Shown here piece by piece: positions 1 through 7,690 of a stretch of 14,270 nucleotides of DNA. The position numbers and the translations under genes were made by a program. The DNA comes from Nitrospiraceae bacterium (GTDB taxonomy: Bacteria; Nitrospirota; Nitrospiria; Nitrospirales; Nitrospiraceae), in NCBI GenBank assembly GCA_050731155.1, contig JBOHOI010000053.1, positions 1-14,270 of the forward strand, given 5' to 3'. The notes under the pieces were generated by a model, which did no database searches, had not been told where the DNA came from, and saw nothing but the letters and a program-made list of their open reading frames with translations. Every line of letters starts with the position of its first letter. Within the stretch, counting starts at the first letter, position 1.

Positions 1-742
1 CTATCAAATGGTCGGGCGCGGCATGCGGCTCGATGCGCCGACCGGAAAGCTCATGTTCCGCGTCTACGACTACACCGATGCCACGCGGCTCTTCGGTGAA
101 GAGTTCATCAGCAAGGCCACGCCGCCACGAAAGCGCAAGGAGGGACCAAGCCCAGAACCTCCGGAGCCGCTGGAACCCACCATTCAAGTTGAGGGGTTCG
201 ACGTCCGCGTTACCGACGCCGGGCGCTACATCGTGACGCAAGTGGACGGCAAAGCTATGCCCGTCACTGTAGAGGAATACAAGGCGCGTCTGGCAGCTAA
301 ACTCGTTGAGGAAGCCCCGACGCTGGAAAAATTCCGTGCTCGCTGGATCGCACCTGCTGAGCGTCGAGAACTCCTAGGAAACCTGCCGGACGCGGGTCGG
401 TCGCCGCTCCTGGTTCGTTCATTGGAAAACATGACCGATTACGACCTTTACGATGTGCTGGCCGAACTGGGCTACGGCCTGAATCCGCGCACCCGTCCTG
501 AGCGCGCCGACGCGTTCACGTACAAACATGCGGGTTGGTTGTCGAAATTACCACTACCTACCGCCACCACGCTCAAGGCCCTCGCCGCGCAATTTGCTCG
601 CGCCGGCACGGATGGATTGGAGAACCCACAGGTCTTTCAGACGCCCGAAGTCGTGCAGGCGGGTGGTCTGGCCGCGCTCAAAGCGCTCGGCAATCCTGCC
701 GACGTGCTGCGGGAGACTAAAGAAAGGATGTTCGCGGCGTGA
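1..742 (+). CDS. hsdR: Type I restriction enzyme R subunit (HsdR), C-terminal part; 5' end lies outside the window
   Basis: The frame is open from base 2 and reads ...YQMVGRGMRL, which is helicase motif VI (QxxGRxxR) of SF2/HsdR. It continues into a C-terminal region (…MTDYDLYDVLAELGYG…) reminiscent of the EcoEI/EcoAI-type HsdR C-terminal domain. It is followed in the same strand by hsdS and hsdM. The TGA stop at 740-742 overlaps the GTG start of the next ORF. Confidence 0.85.
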   Translation, partial: YQMVGRGMRLDAPTGKLMFRVYDYTDATRLFGEEFISKATPPRKRKEGPSPEPPEPLEPTIQVEGFDVRVTDAGRYIVTQVDGKAMPVTVEEYKARLAAKLVEEAPTLEKFRARWIAPAERRELLGNLPDAGRSPLLVRSLENMTDYDLYDVLAELGYGLNPRTRPERADAFTYKHAGWLSKLPLPTATTLKALAAQFARAGTDGLENPQVFQTPEVVQAGGLAALKALGNPADVLRETKERMFAA

Positions 743-1326
743 AGGAACAGGAGAGGTTTAAAGAACTCGATAATATAGTCCAAGAGCTTCGACATAATAT
801 TGAAGACCACCGATTTTATAAACTGTATTTCGCTCCTGATACTGATAAGTGGGACAAGTTCTGTGTTGCAATGGACACGCTGGAAGACACTGAGCTGGCT
901 TTGGCCCATTACTTCAACTATGGATTAGGCCGCAGTGATGAGGAGCGTTACCTCCGATTGTATGGAGTTCAGCAAGCCGTTTATCTACAACAAGACGCGA
1001 TTAGGGCTCTTGTTGAAGTCGTGCTTGAAAAGAAATTTGAGCCCTCTGCTGATTCTGCGTGGAGGGCAATCCGGGAAGTCCGCCGCCATATTGGTCACCC
1101 TATAGAAGTCAAGAAGGCCGGGTCGGTCCGAAGGACCTTCCTTACACGGGTCTACCTGGCTATGGGGCTTGTAGGGCTCATCACGAGGGACAGTAAAAAG
1201 GGGGAGAGCGAGCACTGGGGAGGGCAATTGGATGAGGTGTTGTTGGCTTATTTAGCTGAAGCCATTCCGATAGTTCGTGAGATCGGGGAAAGTGTCAAGA
1301 AAAGATGGCCTCTCCCTGAGGATTGA
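739..1326 (+). CDS. Hypothetical 195-aa protein embedded between hsdR and hsdS; candidate HEPN-like (R-x4-H) defence protein
   Basis: The ORF has a GTG start overlapping the hsdR stop (GTGA) and ends 1 nt before the hsdS ATG. It is markedly AT-richer than the flanking genes; a counted 60-nt sample at 761-820 was about 33% GC. It contains REVRRH/RRHIGH (R-x4-H) near residues 113-122. No recognisable enzymatic motif otherwise. Confidence 0.6.
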   Translation: MKEQERFKELDNIVQELRHNIEDHRFYKLYFAPDTDKWDKFCVAMDTLEDTELALAHYFNYGLGRSDEERYLRLYGVQQAVYLQQDAIRALVEVVLEKKFEPSADSAWRAIREVRRHIGHPIEVKKAGSVRRTFLTRVYLAMGLVGLITRDSKKGESEHWGGQLDEVLLAYLAEAIPIVREIGESVKKRWPLPED

Positions 1327-1327
1327 A

Positions 1328-2578
1328 ATGATTGCAAAAGCTTCAGGTGTAGAAACCCCACATTCGAAGCGTTCGTTGCCCGATGGCTGGCGGTGGGTGC
1401 GGCTGGGGGAGGTGTGCGAGGAACAGACTGGCACTCGTGATCCTCGTTCAGAGGCATTGAAACAGTTTCGCTATGTGGACATCACCAGTGTGGATAACCG
1501 CACGAAGCGGATGGTTGATCCCAAAACCTTAGTTGGCAGGGAGGCCCCAAGCCGGGCACGCCAAGTCATTAGGAAAAGCGACGTCCTCGTTTCGACAACA
1601 AGACCAAATCTGAACGCGGTCGCGCTGGTTCCATCTGGACTCGATGATGAAATTGCGAGCACTGGCTTCTGCGTCCTTCGGCCAAAAAGCGCCCTCAATC
1701 CCTCCTATTTATTCGGCTTTGTCCAAAGTGCGGAGTTTGTTCAATGTCTGTCGGACTTGGTCAAGGGTGCGTTGTATCCGGCGGTCACCGATAAGCAGGT
1801 TCGCGATCAATTCATACCCCTTCCACCGCTTGCCGAGCAGAAGCGCATTGCGGCGATCCTGAACGAGCAGATGGCGGTGGTGGACCGGGCGCGGGCCGCT
1901 GCCGAGGTGCAGTTGGAGGCGGCTAAGGCTCTCCCTGCCGCCTATCTTCGCGCCGTCTTCAACAGCCAAGAAGCCCGGCAGTGGCCGAGGAGAAGGCTAG
2001 GGGAGGTTTGCGAACTTTTGCCGTCCAAATCAATTGCAACAGACGGGGATGCAGAAGTCTTAGCCATCACGACAGCTTCTCTCACCGAAAGCGGGTTCGA
2101 GCCATCTGGTGTAAAACAGGCCAGAATGTGGGCCAATGATGTGACTGAGTGTGTGGTATCTCCTGGTGAAATCCTCATTGCTCGAAGTAACACACCAGAC
2201 CTCGTTGGGCGCGTCGCCATGTTTTCGGGAAATCCAAAGGAGGCGGTAGCTTCAGACCTAACAATTCGTCTTCGTGGGAATGGTGACAGAGTGAACTCGG
2301 CTTTTCTGACAGCCTATCTGTCGTTCCTCTACCTGACCGGTTATTGGAAGGAACGCGCGGGTGGAGCGAGTGGCTCCATGAAGAAAATCACGCGAACACA
2401 AATCCAAGAAGAGCGAGTTCCGGCTCCTCCTATCTCCGAGCAGGGGCGGATCGCGGCGGTCCTGAAGGAACAGATGGCGGTGGTGGAGCGGACACGTAAA
2501 GCGCTAGACGAACAACTCGACACGATCACCAAATTGCCCGCCACGCTCCTACGAATGGCATTCAACGGCGAGATCTGA
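1328..2578 (+). CDS. hsdS: Type I restriction-modification specificity subunit HsdS, with two target-recognition domains
   Basis: Two internal conserved HsdS repeats are present. The central one reads LPPLAEQKRIAAILNEQMAVVDRARAAAEVQLEAAKALPAAYLRAVFN and the distal one PAPPISEQGRIAAVLKEQMAVVERTRKALDEQLDTITKLPATLLRMAFNGEI; each follows a variable TRD. The ATG at 1328 is preceded by GAGGA. The track ORF begins at 1277, but that upstream part overlaps the preceding gene. Confidence 0.9.
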   Translation: MIAKASGVETPHSKRSLPDGWRWVRLGEVCEEQTGTRDPRSEALKQFRYVDITSVDNRTKRMVDPKTLVGREAPSRARQVIRKSDVLVSTTRPNLNAVALVPSGLDDEIASTGFCVLRPKSALNPSYLFGFVQSAEFVQCLSDLVKGALYPAVTDKQVRDQFIPLPPLAEQKRIAAILNEQMAVVDRARAAAEVQLEAAKALPAAYLRAVFNSQEARQWPRRRLGEVCELLPSKSIATDGDAEVLAITTASLTESGFEPSGVKQARMWANDVTECVVSPGEILIARSNTPDLVGRVAMFSGNPKEAVASDLTIRLRGNGDRVNSAFLTAYLSFLYLTGYWKERAGGASGSMKKITRTQIQEERVPAPPISEQGRIAAVLKEQMAVVERTRKALDEQLDTITKLPATLLRMAFNGEI

Positions 2579-2580
2579 AT

Positions 2581-3630
2581 ATGCCTCGTGGTCTCTCTGC
2601 CGAAGTCAGGACTCATCTTGAAAAGGCAATGGAATCAGCAATTCTCGCGGTCGAGGTTTATAACAAGCCAGCGACGAAGTTTCGTTCTGGTGGCTACATC
2701 GTGTTAATGACCATTGCGTGGACGGCTTTGTTTCATGCCATCTTTTTGAAACGTAGACAAAAACCTTACTACCGCAATGATCCGGATAACCCAAGGAGCC
2801 GCTACAAAAAGGTCGAAGGGGACTACAAAGCATGGGAGTTGGCAACTTGCTTAAAGAAATTCTATGGATCGAATAACCCACCTGAGCGCAAGAACTTGGA
2901 GTTCTTCGTTGGTCTTCGCAACAAAATCGAGCATCGTTCCATGCCTCAACTGGACCTCAAAATCTTTGGCGAATGTCAGGCCATGCTTTTCAATTTTGAG
3001 GATTGTCTCCTCAAGGAGTGTGGCCAGAAATACGGGCTGAATGAGAGCCTCACTATTGCCCTTCAGTTTTCCCGAATTCAGGATAGCGAGCAGGCGCGAG
3101 CAATTCGTGTGCTGCATCGTCCCCTCCATAAACACATCGAGTCGTACATTCAAACCTTCCGATCATCCTTGAGCAATGACATCGAGAGCGATCTTGCGTA
3201 TAGTTACAAGGTCTTCTTGATTCCTAAGCTGGCAGGTAATCAGGGGCAGGCAGATGTAGCGGTTGAGTTCGTTAAATTCGATCCGAGCACGCCCGACCAA
3301 ATGGAAACCTACGAGAAGATAGTCTCGCTAATAAAGCCAGCAGTGATCCAAGTCGCTAATCCAGGAAAACTTAAGGCCGGGGATGTTGCCAAAGCCGTCG
3401 CTGACGCGACCGGAAGGAAATTTACTGCAAGTAGTCATCACTCCCGTGCGTGGCGGTTCTACCGCATACGACCGCCCAATGGCGATCCCAGGCCTGAAGT
3501 AACTCAGACACAGTATTGTCAATGGGATGAAGCGCATCGGGACTATGTTTACACAGACGCTTGGAAGAAGTTCCTCATGTCTGAAATGAAAGACCCTACA
3601 AAGTACGAACACATAATGCATTCGACATAG
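2581..3630 (+). CDS. HEPN-like protein (DUF3644-like N-terminal domain with LRNKIEH motif) plus an uncharacterised ~200-aa C-terminal domain, embedded between hsdS and hsdM
   Basis: The ATG lies 2 nt after the hsdS stop. The N-terminus (AMESAILAVEVYNKPATKFRSGGYIVLMTIAWTALFHAIFLK …NLEFFVGLRNKIEHRS) matches my memory of the DUF3644 pattern (A.E.YNKP … L.ELRDN.IH). The RNKIEH stretch is a canonical HEPN R-x4-H RNase motif. AT-richer than the hsd genes; a counted 60-nt sample at 2701-2760 was about 42% GC. Confidence 0.7.
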   Translation: MPRGLSAEVRTHLEKAMESAILAVEVYNKPATKFRSGGYIVLMTIAWTALFHAIFLKRRQKPYYRNDPDNPRSRYKKVEGDYKAWELATCLKKFYGSNNPPERKNLEFFVGLRNKIEHRSMPQLDLKIFGECQAMLFNFEDCLLKECGQKYGLNESLTIALQFSRIQDSEQARAIRVLHRPLHKHIESYIQTFRSSLSNDIESDLAYSYKVFLIPKLAGNQGQADVAVEFVKFDPSTPDQMETYEKIVSLIKPAVIQVANPGKLKAGDVAKAVADATGRKFTASSHHSRAWRFYRIRPPNGDPRPEVTQTQYCQWDEAHRDYVYTDAWKKFLMSEMKDPTKYEHIMHST

Positions 3631-3674
3631 AGCCTAAGAATCAAAGAGACGCGCATGGCGAATTTGGAGAATGA

Positions 3675-5216
3675 ATGATGCCACGACCCCGCAAGGATGA
3701 AAACGCCAACGGTAGGCGCCTTGCGACCCAGCGATCCGTCAACGGCGCGATCAAGAGCATCTGCGACATCATGCGCAGGTCTAATTGCGCCGGCGCGCTG
3801 CAATATGTCCCTGAACTGACCTGGATTCTCTTCTTGCGTATCCTCGATGAGCGGGAGACTCGTGAGGCGGAGGAAGCCGAAGCAGTGGGCGCAGACTACG
3901 CACCGTCGCTGACCAAGCCGTATCGCTGGCAGGACTGGGCTGCGCCCAACGGGCCGAAGCGGAAGGAATTACAAGATGGGTCAATGGGGGCGTTCTTTGG
4001 CTTCGTCAACAGCGACTTGATCCCTCGCTTAAAGAAACTCCGTGAACAGCCCAACGCCACTTCGCGCCAAAAGGTCATCAGCGAAATCTTCTCCGGCATT
4101 GAGAAGACCCGCATCGATACCGAGCGCAATTTCCTGGATGTGTTGGATAAGGTCCACGAGATCAGCGCCGAGACCGTAGACCCCACGCATGTCTTCACTC
4201 TTTCGCAGGTGTACGAGGGGCTACTTCTCAAGATGGGCGAGAAGGGCAACGACGGGGGCCAGTTCTTTACCCCCCGCGAGATCATCCGGGCGATGGTAAA
4301 GGTGATCGACCCTAAGATCGGAGAGACGGTCTACGATCCGGGGTGTGGGACGGGGGGCTTCCTAGCACAGTCTTATGAATACATGCGCGACCGTTTGGGT
4401 GACAAGGCGACTGCTCCAGAGATTGAAACCCTTAAGCAACGAACCTTCTACGGACGCGAGAAGGATAATGCCGTCTACCCCATCGGCTTGGCCAACTTGG
4501 TCCTACACGATATTGATGAGCCACACATCTGGCACGGCAACACCTTGACCGGTGCGGAGACATACGGCGGTCTCTTCACCGGTGCCCCTGCCCTCTACGA
4601 CGTGGTGTTGATGAATCCGCCCTTCGGGGGCAAGGAAGGAAAGGATGCCCAGACACGGTTTGCCTACAAGACCGGCGCAACCCAGGTCTTGTTCCTTCAG
4701 CACGTCATCGACAGCCTCAAGCCCGGCGGGCGCTGCGGGATTGTGCAGGATGAAGGGGTGCTCTTCCGCACGAACGAGACGGCTTTCGTGCAAACCAAGC
4801 GCAAGTTGCTAGATGATTGCGACCTCCGGTGCATCGTCAGTCTTCCGGGTGGCGTCTTCACGGCGGCAGGGGCGGGTGTGAAGACGAACCTGCTCTTTTT
4901 CACGAAAGGGCGGCCCACGGAGAAGATTTGGTACTACGACCTGTCTGACATCAAGGTCGGTAAGAAGACTCCATTCACGCTAGATAAATTCGAGGAGTTC
5001 TTCCGTCTGCTCCCGACCCGTGCCGACAGCGAGCGAAGCTGGACCGTCACGCGGAAAGCGATCGAGGAGAAGAACTACGACCTCAAAGCAGTCAATCCGA
5101 ACGCCAAGAGCACTGAAGATACCCGCACCCCCGAAGAACTCTTGGATCTGATCGAAGCCAAAGGCCGCGAAGTCGCCGAAGCGCTCGCCACGCTCCGCGC
5201 CACCAGCAAGAAATAA
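3675..5216 (+). CDS. hsdM: Type I restriction-modification N6-adenine DNA methyltransferase subunit HsdM
   Basis: HsdM N-terminal domain signature (ALQYVPELTWILFLRILD). FFTPREI motif. SAM-binding motif I DPGCGTGGFL. Catalytic motif IV NPPFGG. GGAGA RBS at 3666-3670. The start could be the ATG at 3675 or 3678. Confidence 0.92.
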   Translation: MMPRPRKDENANGRRLATQRSVNGAIKSICDIMRRSNCAGALQYVPELTWILFLRILDERETREAEEAEAVGADYAPSLTKPYRWQDWAAPNGPKRKELQDGSMGAFFGFVNSDLIPRLKKLREQPNATSRQKVISEIFSGIEKTRIDTERNFLDVLDKVHEISAETVDPTHVFTLSQVYEGLLLKMGEKGNDGGQFFTPREIIRAMVKVIDPKIGETVYDPGCGTGGFLAQSYEYMRDRLGDKATAPEIETLKQRTFYGREKDNAVYPIGLANLVLHDIDEPHIWHGNTLTGAETYGGLFTGAPALYDVVLMNPPFGGKEGKDAQTRFAYKTGATQVLFLQHVIDSLKPGGRCGIVQDEGVLFRTNETAFVQTKRKLLDDCDLRCIVSLPGGVFTAAGAGVKTNLLFFTKGRPTEKIWYYDLSDIKVGKKTPFTLDKFEEFFRLLPTRADSERSWTVTRKAIEEKNYDLKAVNPNAKSTEDTRTPEELLDLIEAKGREVAEALATLRATSKK

Positions 5217-5272
5217 CCCCCTCTTTTTCTCCCCTCTTTCAGCGGGTTAGCAACATGGTTGCGCGTTTGTAT

Positions 5273-5311
5273 GCCGTATGGCAGCCCCCTCTGAGGGGGC
5301 TGCCATACGGC
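5273..5311 (+). terminator. 17-bp perfect GC-rich hairpin (gccgtatggcagccccc / tctga / gggggctgccatacggc) followed by a T-rich tract; probable intrinsic terminator of the hsd operon, or an operator palindrome
   Basis: Perfect inverted repeat read directly, with a 5-nt loop, 57 nt after the hsdM stop, followed by tcgttcacttatttctcttgttc. It overlaps the 5' extension of track ORF 5278, so the real start of the next gene is downstream. Confidence 0.45.
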
Positions 5312-5334
5312 TCGTTCACTTATTTCTCTTGTTC

Positions 5335-6456
5335 ATGATTCGTGAACATGGTACATTGGCGAACGCTATGAGAGGAATTGGACAGGAACCCCAGATAGTC
5401 GACTCCGCGCTGGAGCGATTGAAGAGCATTCATCCAGTCAAGGTAGTAAACCTACGCCGAGAGGTACATGTGGGAGATCGGCGTTGGGATGGCGAGGTGA
5501 CACTGAAGACTGATCGCGGCACGTTCCGTTACCTCTTTGAGGTCAAGACCAACTTGCGGCCACAGACCATACGACATCTGCTGATTCAGGCAGACGCGTA
5601 TCGCAAACAATGGGGTAAGGCTACAGGGCTTTTGCTGCTGGCCGATTACGTCAATCCCTCTTTAGGAGATCAGCTCAAAGACGCCGGCATCAATTTCATC
5701 GACACGGCAGGGAACTTGTTCTTGAAGCGGGAGCCGGGGCTGTATCTCTACGTCGAAGGGAAGAAGTCACCCGCCTCCACGAAGGAAAAGCCGACGCGGC
5801 TCTTTCAGCCAAGCGGCCTGACGTTGCTTTTCGGCTTGCTTGTTGAGCCTGAGTCCATCAACCACCCTTACAGGCATCTGTCGGAGGCAAACGGCATTGC
5901 CCTAGGAACAGTTGGTTGGGTCAAACGAGATTTACGAGAACATGGCTACCTGGAGCCCACCGGGAAGGATAGTTTTCGCCTAGTTCGTAAGAAGGACCTC
6001 TTAGATCGCTGGGTGCATGGGTACGCGAGCCGCCTCCGCCCTAAAGTTTTCCTCGGCGAGTATCGTGCCCTGTCGAATGATCTTGATACTGTCGTCAAAT
6101 CGTTCAAACAGTATGCCCTAGAACACGGCATGTCGTGGGGGGTATCAGGAGGGCTCGGTGCTGATGAGCTTGTACACCATTACCGAGGAAACACCGTCAC
6201 ACTCTTCGTCGAATCTTGGAGACACAATGAAGCTCTGAAAGAGCTGAAATGGTTGCCCGTCACAGGAGGCCCCATAACAGCCCTTAAAGGCTTTTCTCCT
6301 CGTGTCTTTCAGATGAGGGGGAAACAGGCCCGCTATCCGGTCGTGCACCCTCTCCTCATTTATGCGGAATTGCTCTATCAGGGGAGCGACCGTGCACTCG
6401 AAACGGCCCGCTTAATCTACAACGAGTTCCTGGAACCCTCCCTTGCCAAAGATTGA
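5335..6456 (+). CDS. Three-module protein: N-terminal PD-(D/E)xK-like domain, central winged helix-turn-helix (AbiEi/COG5340-like), C-terminal domain; probable regulator/antitoxin partner of the downstream nucleotidyltransferase
   Basis: The N-terminal ~150 aa carries …RRWDGEVTLKTDRGTFRYLFEVKTNL…, a D … ExK nuclease-fold pattern. The central region (LSEANGIALGTVGWVKRDLREHGYLEPTGKDSFRLVRKKDLLDRWV) looks like a wHTH. The stop overlaps the next ORF by 14 nt. The start is taken at ATG 5335, after the hairpin; ATG 5368 is an alternative. Confidence 0.55.
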   Translation: MIREHGTLANAMRGIGQEPQIVDSALERLKSIHPVKVVNLRREVHVGDRRWDGEVTLKTDRGTFRYLFEVKTNLRPQTIRHLLIQADAYRKQWGKATGLLLLADYVNPSLGDQLKDAGINFIDTAGNLFLKREPGLYLYVEGKKSPASTKEKPTRLFQPSGLTLLFGLLVEPESINHPYRHLSEANGIALGTVGWVKRDLREHGYLEPTGKDSFRLVRKKDLLDRWVHGYASRLRPKVFLGEYRALSNDLDTVVKSFKQYALEHGMSWGVSGGLGADELVHHYRGNTVTLFVESWRHNEALKELKWLPVTGGPITALKGFSPRVFQMRGKQARYPVVHPLLIYAELLYQGSDRALETARLIYNEFLEPSLAKD

Positions 6457-7240
6457 AGGCGATCTGGCAGAGGCACTGAAACTGCTCCGCAACTATTTCG
6501 AGCGGAGAGAAATATCTTTTGCACTTGTAGGCGCCCTTGTGCCAGCCCTTTTGCTTTCATCCGAAGTCGGAGCCCGAGAGACACGCGATGCGGACCATGT
6601 GATCAAGCTGGCTTCATGGGCAGAGTGGGATGCTGTGATCGCCGAACTCGTCGAATTAGGATTCAGGCGAGGGCGAGGGGAGCAAGAGCACCGATTGTAT
6701 TACAAAACTGGTGAGATTGACTTGATTCCTTATGGAGTCACAAACGGACCTGATGAAGTTCTGATTTGGCGTAAATCCGGGAACCAAATGAACATGACCG
6801 GATTCTCTGACGTATTCCGATATGCCAAACCGACGGAGGTTACGCATGGACTGACTCTTCCTGTTGTGCCGCTCTGGCTCTTTGCCGTCCTTAAGATAAT
6901 CGCCTATCTCGATCGTGAATCCCCGCGAGACCTTTCCGACCTCATCTATGTGCTGGAGCGTTATGAAACATCGGGAGAAGAGTCTCGCCGCTTTGAGGTC
7001 GCAAGTGGCGTTGATGGTGTGACGTATGAAACCTCGGGGGCGTATCTCCTGGGATGCGATGTTCGAGAAAATGCCTCAGATAAGGCCTTGGAATTGATCA
7101 AAGGATTTGTCGCTCCCATCACGGACGAGCATCACAAAGCGATCAATACAATTCTCCGAGAGGAAAACCTCCTGCAGTCTGAGGATCGAAGGCAGTCTGT
7201 GTATCGTTTAATCCAAGCCTTTCGAAAAGGATTAGCCTGA
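6443..7240 (+). CDS. Nucleotidyltransferase-fold protein (AbiEii / minimal NTase-like), probable toxin/effector of a type IV TA-like or Abi pair
   Basis: The N-terminal stretch FALVGALVPALLLSSEVGARETRDADHV fits the pol-beta NTase pattern hG[GS]-x9-13-DxD. Size, position immediately after a wHTH gene, and the overlapping start (TTG at 6443) are typical of AbiEi/AbiEii-like operons. Confidence 0.55.
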   Translation: MPKIEGDLAEALKLLRNYFERREISFALVGALVPALLLSSEVGARETRDADHVIKLASWAEWDAVIAELVELGFRRGRGEQEHRLYYKTGEIDLIPYGVTNGPDEVLIWRKSGNQMNMTGFSDVFRYAKPTEVTHGLTLPVVPLWLFAVLKIIAYLDRESPRDLSDLIYVLERYETSGEESRRFEVASGVDGVTYETSGAYLLGCDVRENASDKALELIKGFVAPITDEHHKAINTILREENLLQSEDRRQSVYRLIQAFRKGLA

Positions 7241-7320
7241 ATGCGAACAAGAAGGGACATGCTACTTTTTCCAGAAGCTTCCACACACATAAGCCGCTGG
7301 CTGGATGCCCTCTTCGAATC

Positions 7321-7345
7321 CCTCCTCCCCCGCGCCGTCCGCGCC
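7321..7345 (+). repeat. Copy 1 of intergenic motif R1 (CCTCCTCCCCCGCGCCGTCCGCGCC)
   Basis: Pyrimidine tract plus a GC mini-palindrome, read directly. A partial second copy (ctcctccccgcggc) lies at 7366-7379. Confidence 0.6.
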
Positions 7346-7514
7346 TCACCCTTGACTCCTCCCCGCGGCTGGCCTCGCCGGTTTTTTCCTCCGGTCCTTC
7401 ACGCGCGGTGTTCACGCCCCTGCGCAGGGCCGGGCAGCTCGCGGCCCAAAAGCCGCCTTCACGCCCCCAACATCTCTGGACACGCTGCTCAGCCAGGAGT
7501 CGGCCAGAAGCATC

Positions 7515-7543
7515 TTGACAAGAACCGAGGAAAGAGCTACTAA
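7515..7543 (+). promoter_or_regulatory. Candidate sigma70-type promoter upstream of the SWIB gene (TTGACA, 17-nt spacer, TACTAA)
   Basis: Perfect -35 hexamer TTGACA at 7515-7520. The -10 hexamer TACTAA matches the TATAAT consensus only 3 of 6, after a 17-nt spacer. Lies about 150 nt upstream of ATG 7691. Confidence 0.25.
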
Positions 7544-7690
7544 CAGGCACTTGTTGGGGCTCCTTGAGGGCGTGAGGGCCGCCCACGCCACAAGGCACGT
7601 CCTAGCACCTCACCGTAGTTATCGTTCACACACAGCAGCGAGACGCCGCAAAACAATGTAGCCTCACGCTGCGAACCTTGAGGAGGGAAA

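Noticed and set aside
1277-1327. Upstream extension of hsdS to an ATG at 1277
   Set aside because: It would overlap the preceding ORF by 50 nt. ATG 1328, with a GAGGA RBS one nucleotide after the upstream stop, is the far more parsimonious start.
7143-7598. 151-aa ORF on the - strand and 100-aa ORF on the + strand in the 7241-7690 intergenic region
   Set aside because: They are R/G/P-rich low-complexity translations spanning the R1 repeat and the candidate promoter, with no RBS or domain signal. The region is treated as non-coding.
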